Assembly (NCBI RefSeq): GCF_902652985.1
Contig: NC_047018.1
Span: 8,432,001-8,496,000, forward strand
Reading direction: 5' to 3'
Origin: Pecten maximus
Taxonomy: Eukaryota
DNA: 64,000 nucleotides
Position numbers and translations under genes: made by a program. Below the pieces are notes generated by a model that was given only the letters and a program-made list of their open reading frames with translations, searched no databases and was not told the origin of the DNA. The number at the start of each line of letters is the position of its first letter. The stretch's first letter is position 1. Below, piece by piece: positions 56,601-64,000 of the stretch.

Positions 56601-59083
56601 TAAAGGGATGGTACACTTTCTGTATATAGGGAAGATAGATTTATTATTATAAAGATGGTAGACTTGCTGTATATAGGGAAGATAGGTTTATTATTATAAA
56701 GATGATAGACTTGCTGTATAGGTTTATTATTATAAAGATGATAGACTTGCTGTATAGGTTTATTATTATAAAGATGGTAGACTTTCTGTATATAGGGAAG
56801 ATAGGTTTATTATTATAAAGATGATAGACTTGCTGTACAGGTGTATTATTATATAGATGGTAGACTTTCTGTATATAGGGAAGATAGGTTTATTATTATA
56901 AAGATGGTAGACTTGCTGTGTATAGGGAAGATAGGTGTATTATTATATAGATGGTAGACTTTCTGTATATAGGGAAGATAGGTTTATTATTATAAAGATG
57001 GTAGACTTGCTGTATATAGGGAAGATAGGTTTATTATTATAAAGATGGTAGACTTGCTGTGTATAGGGAAGATAGATTTATTATTATAAAGATGGTACAC
57101 TTTCTGTATATAGGGAAGATAGATTTATTATTATAAAGATGGTAGACTTGCTGTATATAGGGAAGATAGATTTATTATTATAAAGACGGTAGACTTGCTG
57201 TAACCTGCAGGACGACAACCTCACTACTTACATTATCTTCTGCTCTAGATATTAGTGCACGTGTTTTCTGCTGCACTCTATTATATCTGAGTTTGATTTA
57301 TACAGCACGCATGCTTTTTACCGATCAAGTTTACCAAACCACAAATGTTTTTTCAAGGATAAACTTTAGTGGACTAACATTATAATAGTCCTATGTCGTT
57401 AGGAAAACGCGAATTTATTTTCAATTTTCAAACTTTGCAGATATCCTTCAACAATTTAATATAACGGCTATTGCTTGCATGAATTGATATTGCTTTTGCA
57501 AACAAATTAGAGAAAATGCTTAGATCTAGGATTAACTATACCCATGCATGCTTTTAAGCGTTGTCGCAGTCGATCATTGCTGGAATCATAGCCAATGCTA
57601 GCTTAAACACTTAAGCATTGCCTCTATGTTGTTCAATATCATTGTAAATACAATGTAAATGTAAACCGTCGTCATAACGTCAGTCTGTACCGTACAAATG
57701 TATGTACAATGTAGTTATATTCTATAAGAAAAGTAACAAACTAAACAAGTATATGACAAATGCTATTATTTATCTAAATCTTTATTTTGTATGCTTCCGT
57801 TCTTCATTTTCTTTCTCTTTCTTACACTGCACTTGCACTTCTTTACTTAGTTCTTTTCTCTCTTGTCTCTCATTTGTCCTCAGGTCAATAGATTTAGAAT
57901 TGGGAAATCGCGTGTCGCAATTATGATATAAATTACACATTTAGATACTTGATATTTTTAATTTAGCAAATGTATTTTAGATATTTGCATTATTCGTAAA
58001 ACCAGGAATGAAACTATTTTCATTGTTACCATTTTACGTGTATTATAATCAGACACCTATATTTTCTTATAAATGATGCTTTGACTAGTTGCATTGGAGA
58101 CTGTAAGGTCAGTTTTCTACCATGTGATTATTGATATTAATGTTTTATCTCTTTTTTTTAGTATTAAGAATTAGTATTAAAATGTTCCGTCAACGTTGAA
58201 TAATTCTTGATTACTGATGATATAGGAAAGTCCGAAATATCATGAAATTCTTACACTTATGGTCTAGATTTGGTTTCGTATTTTTTTTTTTTTTTTTTTT
58301 TGAACAGAAGTATTATTTTCACACTCGATTGTTACATAACGAATGTTCTAACTTTGTTTCACTTCCAATATTCCACCAGAAACATGCTGTTAATGCATTG
58401 CCGTCTTTAACCTTGGCAATATTTTCATTTCATTAGTGTAATGTCAATCAACTAGCAAATGAAAGTAGACAAATTTTATAGTTAACTGGTAACACAATAT
58501 GAAGGGCTATTTCTTATTACAAGTTATTTTACCATTGTGTTTTAATCACTTTCTTTCCCCAGCACACACACCCTGGACACTCTATCATGTAATCATGTTA
58601 GCCTCGCATTTGTCGTGTATTTACACAAGGTAAGCGTTGTTCTGTCATGATCTCCTTTACAGGAGTTTGAGAGGAAGAACAGCCGTGGAAGTTTATTTGG
58701 GTTTGGCGATAACAAAGGAGGACAGAGACGAGCAAGTTTTCAGGCACTAGGCGAAAGCGTGGTAAACCGAATTTACTATCTCATTTGTACTTAGTTGTTA
58801 GAAGCAGGTGTTTTGATAATATATAGTCTTTTTATGATTATTTTTACTCACTTATTGTTGCGATGAATTTAAAGTTATGGCCCCGGCTGGCTTGTTTGGT
58901 ATAATGCGTACATTGAAATTGAACCGAACATAGTATTTCCTTTTTGACCTTATGATGACTACCTAATTACTAAACAATGCGTTGTATGTTGTAACGTTTG
59001 TCGGCGTAGACGTTTCCATGTTGAATTATTTTCCTATATATGTTGTTTCTTTATGACAGATGCAGTTGTTTTCCAGTAAATGA
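23533..59083 (+). CDS. SCYL2: SCY1-like protein 2 family pseudokinase (kinase-like domain + HEAT repeats + low-complexity tail); spliced, 5'-partial, 18 exons, ~760 aa
   Basis: Manual exon chain 23533-23632, 29445-29489, 34475-34615, 40162-40377, 45977-46093, 46978-47103, 47632-47808, 48192-48314, 49372-49485, 49646-49778, 50291-50409, 51347-51450, 52154-52272, 52805-52879, 53613-53644, 55172-55591, 58663-58761, 59060-59083. All introns are GT..AG and phases are compatible (2284 nt = 1 + 761 codons). Motifs LAFATEPLFASLANVLG, EIQYGILQITEALCYLH, PDLNYIAPE, SDMFALG and VRLNALSC match SCYL2 as I recall it. May be a SCYL2-like paralog rather than the ortholog. Confidence 0.88.
24468..25145. repeat. 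24-bp minisatellite (gatattccgggccagccttgatac), ~28 copies, intronic
   Basis: Tandem units. Confidence 0.95.
25600..26678. repeat. 39-bp minisatellite (gtggaacctgaggatttaacgaggttacagacgcggttt), ~27 copies, intronic
   Basis: Tandem units. Confidence 0.95.
27880..28495. repeat. 30-bp minisatellite (gtgacaaatcggtatacagcattgctaata), ~20 copies
   Basis: Tandem units with a polarised variant gradient. Confidence 0.94.
29000..29232. other. assembly gap (233 N)
   Basis: Run of N. Confidence 1.
29445..29489 (+). CDS. SCYL2: SCYL2-like 45-nt exon: DYEFLDYEIQYGILQ
   Basis: Acceptor ttatttccag, donor cag|gtaagg; phase 0-0; resembles SCYL2 DYKLYDVETKYGLLQ; its last 31 nt are copy 1 of the 35-bp satellite. 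Confidence 0.9.
29459..32837 (+). repeat. 35-bp satellite (ggacaatgaaatacagtacggtatactacaggtaa), ~95 copies, derived from exon end + splice donor
   Basis: Copy 1 overlaps coding exon 29445-29489; most units carry cag|gtaagg or cag|gtatgg. Confidence 0.96.
33941..34325. mobile_element. degenerate hairpin-ended non-autonomous element (internally deleted hairpin)
   Basis: tatataacagtgtcttcagtaat (33941-33963) pairs with attactgaagatactgttagata (34015-34037); internal tgacgt/gattgg motifs. Confidence 0.55.
34475..34615 (+). CDS. SCYL2: SCYL2-like exon: ITEALCYLHAVEQMVHKNVCPQSILITKRGTWKLSALCFAETVRDGK (degenerate catalytic loop/DFG region)
   Basis: acag acceptor, aag|gtaggg donor; phase 0-0; kinase subdomains VIa-VII. 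Confidence 0.92.
34632..35838. repeat. 23-bp minisatellite (aggtgtgaccgttagtgtataat), ~50 copies
   Basis: Tandem units starting just downstream of the exon donor at 34616. Confidence 0.94.
36570..38072. repeat. 41-bp minisatellite (ccccattgctaatctaacttgctacatcaatagtctataat) with indel-ridden centre
   Basis: Unit spacing 36610 to 36651. Confidence 0.92.
38080..38576. repeat. 21-bp repeat (atggtaactaggaattatata) turning into a 36-bp composite unit
   Basis: Recurrent tggtaactagg core. Confidence 0.88.
39075..39260. repeat. 46-bp tandem repeat, 4 copies
   Basis: ctctgtgtagttcgtgtgtacccgttcactgtgctaatgacgtgtc. Confidence 0.9.
40162..40377 (+). CDS. SCYL2: SCYL2-like exon: DSVICHPWSTKVPKMAQPDLNYIAPE...SDMFALGMVI...YQKQLEF
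   Basis: ttttgcag acceptor, gtaagt donor; APE and subdomain IX motifs; lies inside ORF 40030-40407. Confidence 0.93.
41380..41657. mobile_element. degenerate relic of a hairpin-ended element (end ...gaccaatca...gtggtatataa)
   Basis: CCAAT box ~40 bp from end; tttctaccac/gtggtatata inverted match; tgacgtc clusters. Confidence 0.4.
41741..41950 (+). mobile_element. left end of a Tc1/mariner-pogo-type MITE (TA-CAGTG..., short internal accgaac repeats); right TIR not found
   Basis: tacagtgcaacttccgaaaaccgaaccttctaaaaaccgaacacctctgaataccgaac. Confidence 0.45.
42785..43065. repeat. 40-bp tandem repeat, ~7 copies
   Basis: tgttagagtaaaatatatcaaaagattcccattaactcaa. Confidence 0.9.
44140..44715. repeat. 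67-69-bp tandem repeat, ~8 copies
   Basis: ctgtctaccatacatctaaactttcctagttgatctgctcgctctgtttggtatgttctgactgtatgg. Confidence 0.9.
45977..46093 (+). CDS. SCYL2: SCYL2-like exon: ITEKFSDVAHRMPLPLVEPVEKMINKDLRYRPTAQLFCL
   Basis: cttgacag acceptor, gtatat donor; kinase subdomain XI (RPTA). Confidence 0.9.
46250..46545. repeat. 30-bp tandem repeat nested in a larger local duplication
   Basis: gatctcaaatataagacatctcttctgtgg; repeated agccgttaaccctagtcatagaaatatatt. Confidence 0.88.
46978..47103 (+). CDS. SCYL2: SCYL2-like exon: LKYFNDPILRSLQQLDNIDIMDYCQRAEVYAFIAQVIPSIPK
   Basis: ttttacag acceptor, gtaagt donor; phase 0-0. Confidence 0.9.
47243..47556 (-). mobile_element. degenerate MetaSINE-type SINE (bivalve)
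   Basis: acaccccaaccggtcatattatactgcc...aaccagtcgtcc resembles the Meta core; ggccatttaaggacggcc tail and ttttatagactctgg...ccaggggacag head resemble a scallop SINE as I recall it; no search run. Confidence 0.65.
47632..47808 (+). CDS. SCYL2: SCYL2-like exon (HEAT region): KILYRHVFPALCLEC...EYVEKILPFFRLIMNSPKPVQ
   Basis: tttgtttag acceptor, cag|gtatgc donor; phase 0-0. Confidence 0.9.
48192..48314 (+). CDS. SCYL2: SCYL2-like exon (HEAT): ATVYILDKLDTVLMKSPADEIRSEVLPFVFNSLESNSLQAQ
   Basis: gtgttag acceptor, cag|gtatag donor; phase 0-0. Confidence 0.9.
49372..49485 (+). CDS. SCYL2: SCYL2-like exon (HEAT): EAALNAIGIIKEYLDDSVMRNMVLPRAKALYHKGSNVR
   Basis: aag acceptor, gtaagt donor; phase 0-0. 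Confidence 0.88.
49646..49778 (+). CDS. SCYL2: SCYL2-like exon (HEAT): VRLNALSCIDYLLDSLNKMIILDEVLPFLTDITGHDPDIVMAVV(G)
   Basis: ttttggcag acceptor, g|gtcagt donor; phase 0-1. Confidence 0.9.
49805..49897 (-). mobile_element. 3' tail fragment of a SINE/LINE with (tttg)n-like tail
   Basis: ggtttaatgttctcgcctcagccagggtcttatgaggacgg preceded by t/g-rich tail; similar to the tail at 47243-47285. Confidence 0.45.
50291..50409 (+). CDS. SCYL2: SCYL2-like exon: (G)IYKHMLSDKKFGLTHNLIATKVMPPLIPHTVNPGLSMEK
   Basis: ttcttgcag acceptor, aag|gtaaga donor; phase 1-0. Confidence 0.9.
50980..51335. repeat. ~47-bp tandem repeat, ~7 copies, abutting an acceptor
   Basis: attacattgatatatgatgtacgtaaggtcatgacaaatgtctcatc. 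Confidence 0.9.
51347..51450 (+). CDS. SCYL2: SCYL2-like exon (coiled-coil): FSALMEVLREMLEQIDRKRRNKMQEETSAVPLPK(R)
   Basis: ttacag acceptor, aag|gtaggc donor; phase 0-2. Confidence 0.88.
52154..52272 (+). CDS. SCYL2: probable tail exon: (R)GSICMPLVDGKTKDEKSSTSTSSRIFLTVENSGMSKSRT
   Basis: Open frame with the required phase 2 start, cag|gtaaag donor; weak acceptor (atgaag); no family homology to anchor it. Confidence 0.6.
52805..52879 (+). CDS. SCYL2: possible symmetric (phase 1-1) tail exon: (E)QSLSKLSLIGLDRSREQLAALTSA
   Basis: cttcatcggtag acceptor, cag|gtaaac donor, 75 nt, open and GC-richer than flanks. Confidence 0.55.
53613..53644 (+). CDS. SCYL2: probable 32-nt microexon: (A)PSSPDMQHVK
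   Basis: aattttcag acceptor, gtaagt donor; bridges phase 1 to phase 0 as required. Confidence 0.65.
54595..54700. repeat. imperfect (GAT)n microsatellite
   Basis: gatgatgat runs. Confidence 0.85.
55172..55591 (+). CDS. SCYL2: tail exon, Ser/Arg-rich: DDKLSLNPEKENQRRFSL...RQRRTSAGPFITP (alternative internal donor after 55336)
   Basis: ttacag acceptor, gtaagt donors at 55337 and 55592; GC-rich; inside ORF 55109-55714. Confidence 0.8.
56555..57202. repeat. 47-bp tandem repeat with deletion variants, ~14 copies
   Basis: tataaagatggtagacttgctgtatatagggaagataggtttattat. Confidence 0.9.
58663..58761 (+). CDS. SCYL2: tail exon: EFERKNSRGSLFGFGDNKGGQRRASFQALGESV
   Basis: ctcctttacag acceptor, gtg|gtaaac donor; phase 0-0; continues the RRxS motif pattern. 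Confidence 0.75.
59060..59083 (+). CDS. SCYL2: probable terminal coding exon: MQLFSSK*
   Basis: gtttctttatgacag acceptor; TGA at 59081-59083 followed by UTR-like sequence. Confidence 0.65.
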   Translation: MQLFSSK

Positions 59084-60361
59084 CCAGATTCGTACTGCCG
59101 CCTGTTCTTATAACTGTATCAGCATAATGCCGCAGCTCTCTTCATTTCCATTGGAACATGTGTACGTCAAGACTGAAGTACACCACCAAGTACATCCACC
59201 AAGTACACTCACCAACGACGTATTCTGCATTCACACAGGAGCGTTGACATTTTGTGTAGGTGTCACATTACAGTTGTTTAGATATTCTGGACGTAAAACT
59301 GACAGCAAGAAATGTTAACTTAAAAAAAAATATGTATATGACTCTTATATACGAAAAGATTTCACACTCTACTAGAACCCTTCGCCAATTACTGGTATAA
59401 CTATTTATCATCACGATGATGTAATTCTGTATTTGTTCTGTACGGATGTCTTAATTTATCAGGAACATTTGGCCTTCCATATTTACGTATTCCGTTTCCA
59501 GCAAAGATTATGAAATATCAAAGTGTTTTAGTTGAATATCATGCATGCATATTATGTGTCATGATTGTCTGACAGGTGTGAAAATGTGTTAATGCAGATT
59601 TTGTATCGAGTCTGCACGCGAGAAGTATATGAGACAAACATTAAAATTAGAATAAGAATCAAGATCATCGTTCTCCTGGAGACCTTACATACTTTTAGAT
59701 CAAGGTTGATTTCAGCTGATCATAATAGCGTTCTTTGGGAGTTTAAGGAAAGTGATATTCAATTGACCTCGAAGTATGAGTATTGTGTGTACATACATTA
59801 ACGAGAATTTAGCTAAAATGGTACAGAAATGTTATAGAATTAGCCGAGGTGACAGATACTTTAGCAACAATAATAGTGTATTTAGCTAATCTAATATAAT
59901 TTTTGTAACTTTTATATTGGCTTTAAATATATCTGTTATTTTTATGACTACATTAGATAAACCATGGTATGGGTGTAACCACGCGGACTCATGGCGGCTT
60001 CATATATACGCTTACTTGAGACAACTGCCGATAGCATTGTTACCGTCTTAGAATGGTGGATCATATTGAAAACGTTGTCGAGATCTTACATGTACTGTTA
60101 TATGTTGTGTGAGCGAGACCTAATTCATACAGGAAATGTTATCCATGAGGGATGTATTTTATATCACACCACTTATAAGGTTATATTTAGTACCATCTTA
60201 TATAATTATTGTTTTTTTGGTTTTCGTATTTTACGTAAAACATGTGACATTCTAAACAGCTGATAATAATACTAATTAAAATGAACTTTAAAAGAGTGCA
60301 GATATTGTTGGGACGACACCTAAATATGCTTAACAAGTTTAAACAATATTTGAACTCCAAC

Positions 60362-60440
60362 TCAGTCGATATTGATATAAATCAGTCGATATTGATATAA
60401 ATCAGTCGATATTGATATAAATCAGTCGATATTGATATAA
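60362..60440. repeat. 20-bp tandem repeat x4
   Basis: atcagtcgatattgatataa. Confidence 0.9.
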
Positions 60441-61719
60441 CTCTATAGTATATTATGTGGCAATGAAGAAAACCTATCAGTGCTGCTATACTTGATTCTT
60501 CTCATACCTGAAACATTTAACAAGCATTTACCAATACTCGTACACCTTTTATGAATCATCCTATCATTCACCAACATTCATTAACAATACAAATACGGTT
60601 TAACAAAACACATAATGTTAACAATACAAATACTGTTTAACAAAAAATGCAATTTAAAATGAAAACTAACTGACTTTTTAACTGCAGTTTACTGTTTAAC
60701 GACATGTTTACTGTTAACATACACCAGAATAAACTGTTTTACAATAAACATGCTGTCATCAATAAATACAAATATTTATAATAAACCTCCTGTTTAACAT
60801 TTAACCAGCCGTGCAACGTCATTATGTGACAATAGAAATACTCCTTACCTATAAACATGTGTTCGTTGATACCATAATTAAAAGTGTTTGGAATTCCATT
60901 AAAACGACACCAATCATTCAACAAAATAAAATCATTTTCGATCGGATGCAACGTTATACTAGGCAAACTTCAAAACACAGTAGGAGAGTTGCAAAAGGAA
61001 TTGTGTCCTATAATGATATAGTAGGTACAAGTCCGACAGATAACGTATACATACATAAGTACATATATGATACTGGTAAGTGAACAACATCACTTTGGAA
61101 TGGAATTCGTATCATTTATCCATAAATAAGTCGCCAACATTAAATTCTATTTTCTGGTATTTATCTTATGAATAATTGTAAATCCTGTTCATATTCTTAT
61201 ATTTATTTATATATCTTTGTCTCAAAATAACACAGGTTTTTTTTAGTGAAGCTCTTACTTCGGTTTCATTTTACCCCGTCCTAATATGACCCAGTCCATT
61301 GCCAGAGTAAATCTCGTACAAACAAAGCAATCCATTACATATACAACTAAATAAGAGTCCAAAACGTTTTTATAGTATAAAACAGGTGTACAATTATCTA
61401 TTCCAATAACTAAAGCTGCTGCAAATATTTAGAAATCAAAATTTTGTATGAAAACTTCAAATCTAAGTTATCAACATTTTGTATGAAAACATCAAATCCA
61501 AGTTATCAAAATTTTGTATGAATACTTGAAATCTGAAATGTATCAACATTTTGACTGAATACTTAAAATCTATTTATTTTTTTTAATCTATCATTTTGGC
61601 TAATATCTTATTTTACCGTACGAGAAATCACAACTCGATTCATTATGACGCCACGGGGTTATAACTGTTGATAACTGTAACAATTGTCGAGTAAAATGTA
61701 ATACTATATCTGCATGTGC

Positions 61720-62194
61720 AAATACAGACTTTGGTTGAGGGCAATCCATGGGTTAATCACCTGACCTGGGCAATATTCCCCAAGGCCGAAGGCCGGGGGA
61801 TAAAGGTCAGGACAGGTCCGTAAAACCACGGATTCCCCGAAACTAAAGTCTTCATTTACTTATTATATGATTAATATTAATCAAAGCAAAATAAAACAAA
61901 AACAAAAACAAACAGAAACGAAGAAAGTTCATTTAAAATACCTCATCACATCACCGGGGGTCAATTTAACGGTTCGCCAGGTCTGTGGAATGTTATATAA
62001 TACATCTCACCACACATGACATAATTTCTATTTTTAGCAGGAGTCAATATAAGATTCCACGAACCTGACAAAACATTATAATGACTCCTCGGTGATGTCA
62101 TGGGGTATTTCCAAGGAAATAATTGATGCCATGTGATATCATTAGGACCAATCAGTGACAGTGTTACATACCAATAAACGTACGACCACATAAT
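61720..62194 (-). mobile_element. degenerate hairpin-ended non-autonomous element (same architecture as 15443-16274, opposite orientation)
   Basis: Imperfect ~135-bp hairpin 61721-61857 with ggcc-gaa-ggcc loop; accaatcag at 62147 about 40 bp before cacataat end. Confidence 0.55.
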
Positions 62195-62819
62195 GACTGA
62201 TTATTGTCCGTAAACGATCGACCCAAGTGTTCTATTTTCTAAAGGATTTTTACTTAGTACAAAACCTTATGGAAATTAAAGTGTACCACTTCAAATGGCA
62301 ATAAGAAAATAATGTTGGGTGCATTGGTGGTACTTTGACGAGTTAAATAATTCAAAGAAAAGAATTAGAATGGAACAATCAATTCTTTAAGCGTCAGCCT
62401 ATACAAACAAACATCAAAATCAGAAAAGAAAAGGTCAACTGTTAACGAGTACATGGAGAGGTAAAATTGTGGCATCACCATAAGTTATATGGTTTACCTT
62501 ACAACATTAGGAACAGTCGCGTCATTTAAATGGCATGCATTGACCTCTTTACCCTGTATATGAACCGGTAGATGCCTCTGTCGTATTGGTGGGTAAGAAC
62601 CTAATTTTTTATTGTTCAATTTTGTATGAATTTCTATGATATACAGTAAACAGGTAGATATACCGACATGTTACTGTTGTTAACGTTTATCAGTACAAAG
62701 ACCCTGTCCTAAAATATTTGTATAACTAATAAAGTTGAATTGCTTTTAGTAAACATATTGTGTTTGGTTTATATTTATATAATTGCTGTTGATACAGAAC
62801 CTCAAACACATGTCACAAT

Positions 62820-64000
62820 GTATCATCTGGTAGATCTCATGTTACTTCCGGGTAGATCTCATCACCAAGTATATGTTACTACCGGGTAGATATCATTACC
62901 AAGCATATGTTACTACCGGGTAGATCTCATCACAACGTATTACCGGGTAGATCTCATCACCAAGTATATGTTACTACCGGGTAGATCTCATCACAACGTA
63001 TTACCGGGTAGATCTCATCACCAAGTATATGTTACTACCGGGTAGATATCATCACCAAGTATATGTTACTACCGGGTAGATATCATCACCAAGTATATGT
63101 TACTACCGGGTAGATATCATCACCAAGTATATGTTACTACCGGGTAGATATCATCACCAAGTATATGTTACTACCGGGTAGATATCATCACCAAGTATTT
63201 GTTACTACCGGGTAGATATCATCACCAAGTATGTGTTACTACCGGGTAGATATCATCACCAAGTATGTGTTACTACCGGGTAGATATCATCACCAAGTAT
63301 GTGTTACTACCGGGTAGATATCATCACCAAGTATGTGTTACTACCGGGTAGATATCATCACCAAGTATATGTTACTACCGGGTAAATATCATCACCAAGC
63401 ATATGTTACTACCGGGTAGATATCATCACCAAGTATATGTTACTACCGGGTAGATCTCATCACCAAGTATATGTTACTACCGGGTAGATCTCATCACCAA
63501 GTATATGTTACTACCGGGTAAATATCATCACCAAACATATGTTACTACCGGGTAGATATCATCACCAAGTATATGTTACTACCGGGTAGATATCATCACC
63601 AAGTATATGTTACTACCGGGTGGATATCATCACCAAGTATATGTTACTACCGGGTAGTTCTCATCACCAAGTATATGTTACTACCGGGTAGATATCATCA
63701 CCAAGTATATGTTACTACCGGGTAGATCTCATTACCTAGTATATGTTAGTACCGGGGATATCTCATTACCTAGTATATGTTACTACCGGGTAGATCTCAT
63801 CACCAAGCATATGTTACTACCGGGTAGATATTATCACCAAGTATATGTTACTACCGGGTAGATAGCATCACCAAGTATATGTTACTACCGGGTAGATATC
63901 ATTATTACCAAGTACATATATATGTTACTAGCGGGTAGATCTCATCACCAAGTATATGTTACTACCGGGTAGATATCATTACCTAGTATATGTTACTACC
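62820..64000. repeat. 34-bp satellite (ggtagatatcatcaccaagtatatgttactaccg), runs off window end
   Basis: Unit spacing 63041 to 63075. Confidence 0.95.

Noticed and set aside
58563-58635. Apparent exon cccag|cacac...caag|gtaagc
   Set aside because: In-frame stop in phase 0, and it would leave only a 33-nt intron before the next acceptor.
59640-60935. ATTAAA/AATAAA hexamers as the poly(A) signal
   Set aside because: Several candidates in AT-rich DNA; cannot choose one from sequence alone.

Overview
AT-rich eukaryotic (invertebrate) genomic DNA, not prokaryotic. A MetaSINE-type relic and the repeat landscape suggest a bivalve mollusc, possibly a scallop (inference). I assembled one multi-exon protein-coding gene on the + strand by hand: an SCY1-like (SCYL2-family) pseudokinase/HEAT-repeat gene with 18 phase-compatible GT-AG exons from 23533 to the stop at 59081-59083. 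These give about 760 aa; the N-terminal exons were not found in the window. About 27 kb (~40%) of the window is made of more than 20 unrelated tandem repeats, and these account for every long ORF in the supplied track, which are spurious. There is one assembly gap (29000-29232). Most notable: (1) a 3.4-kb 35-bp satellite born from the 3' end of a coding exon plus its 5' splice site, giving ~95 tandem decoy donors; (2) an 832-bp non-autonomous element with a subterminal inverted repeat and a 144-bp terminal hairpin, inserted without a target-site duplication into a 33-bp satellite, with degenerate relatives elsewhere in the window; (3) a C-terminal exon built from internal duplications that carries two in-frame donors and a dense run of R-R/K-x-S/T motifs.
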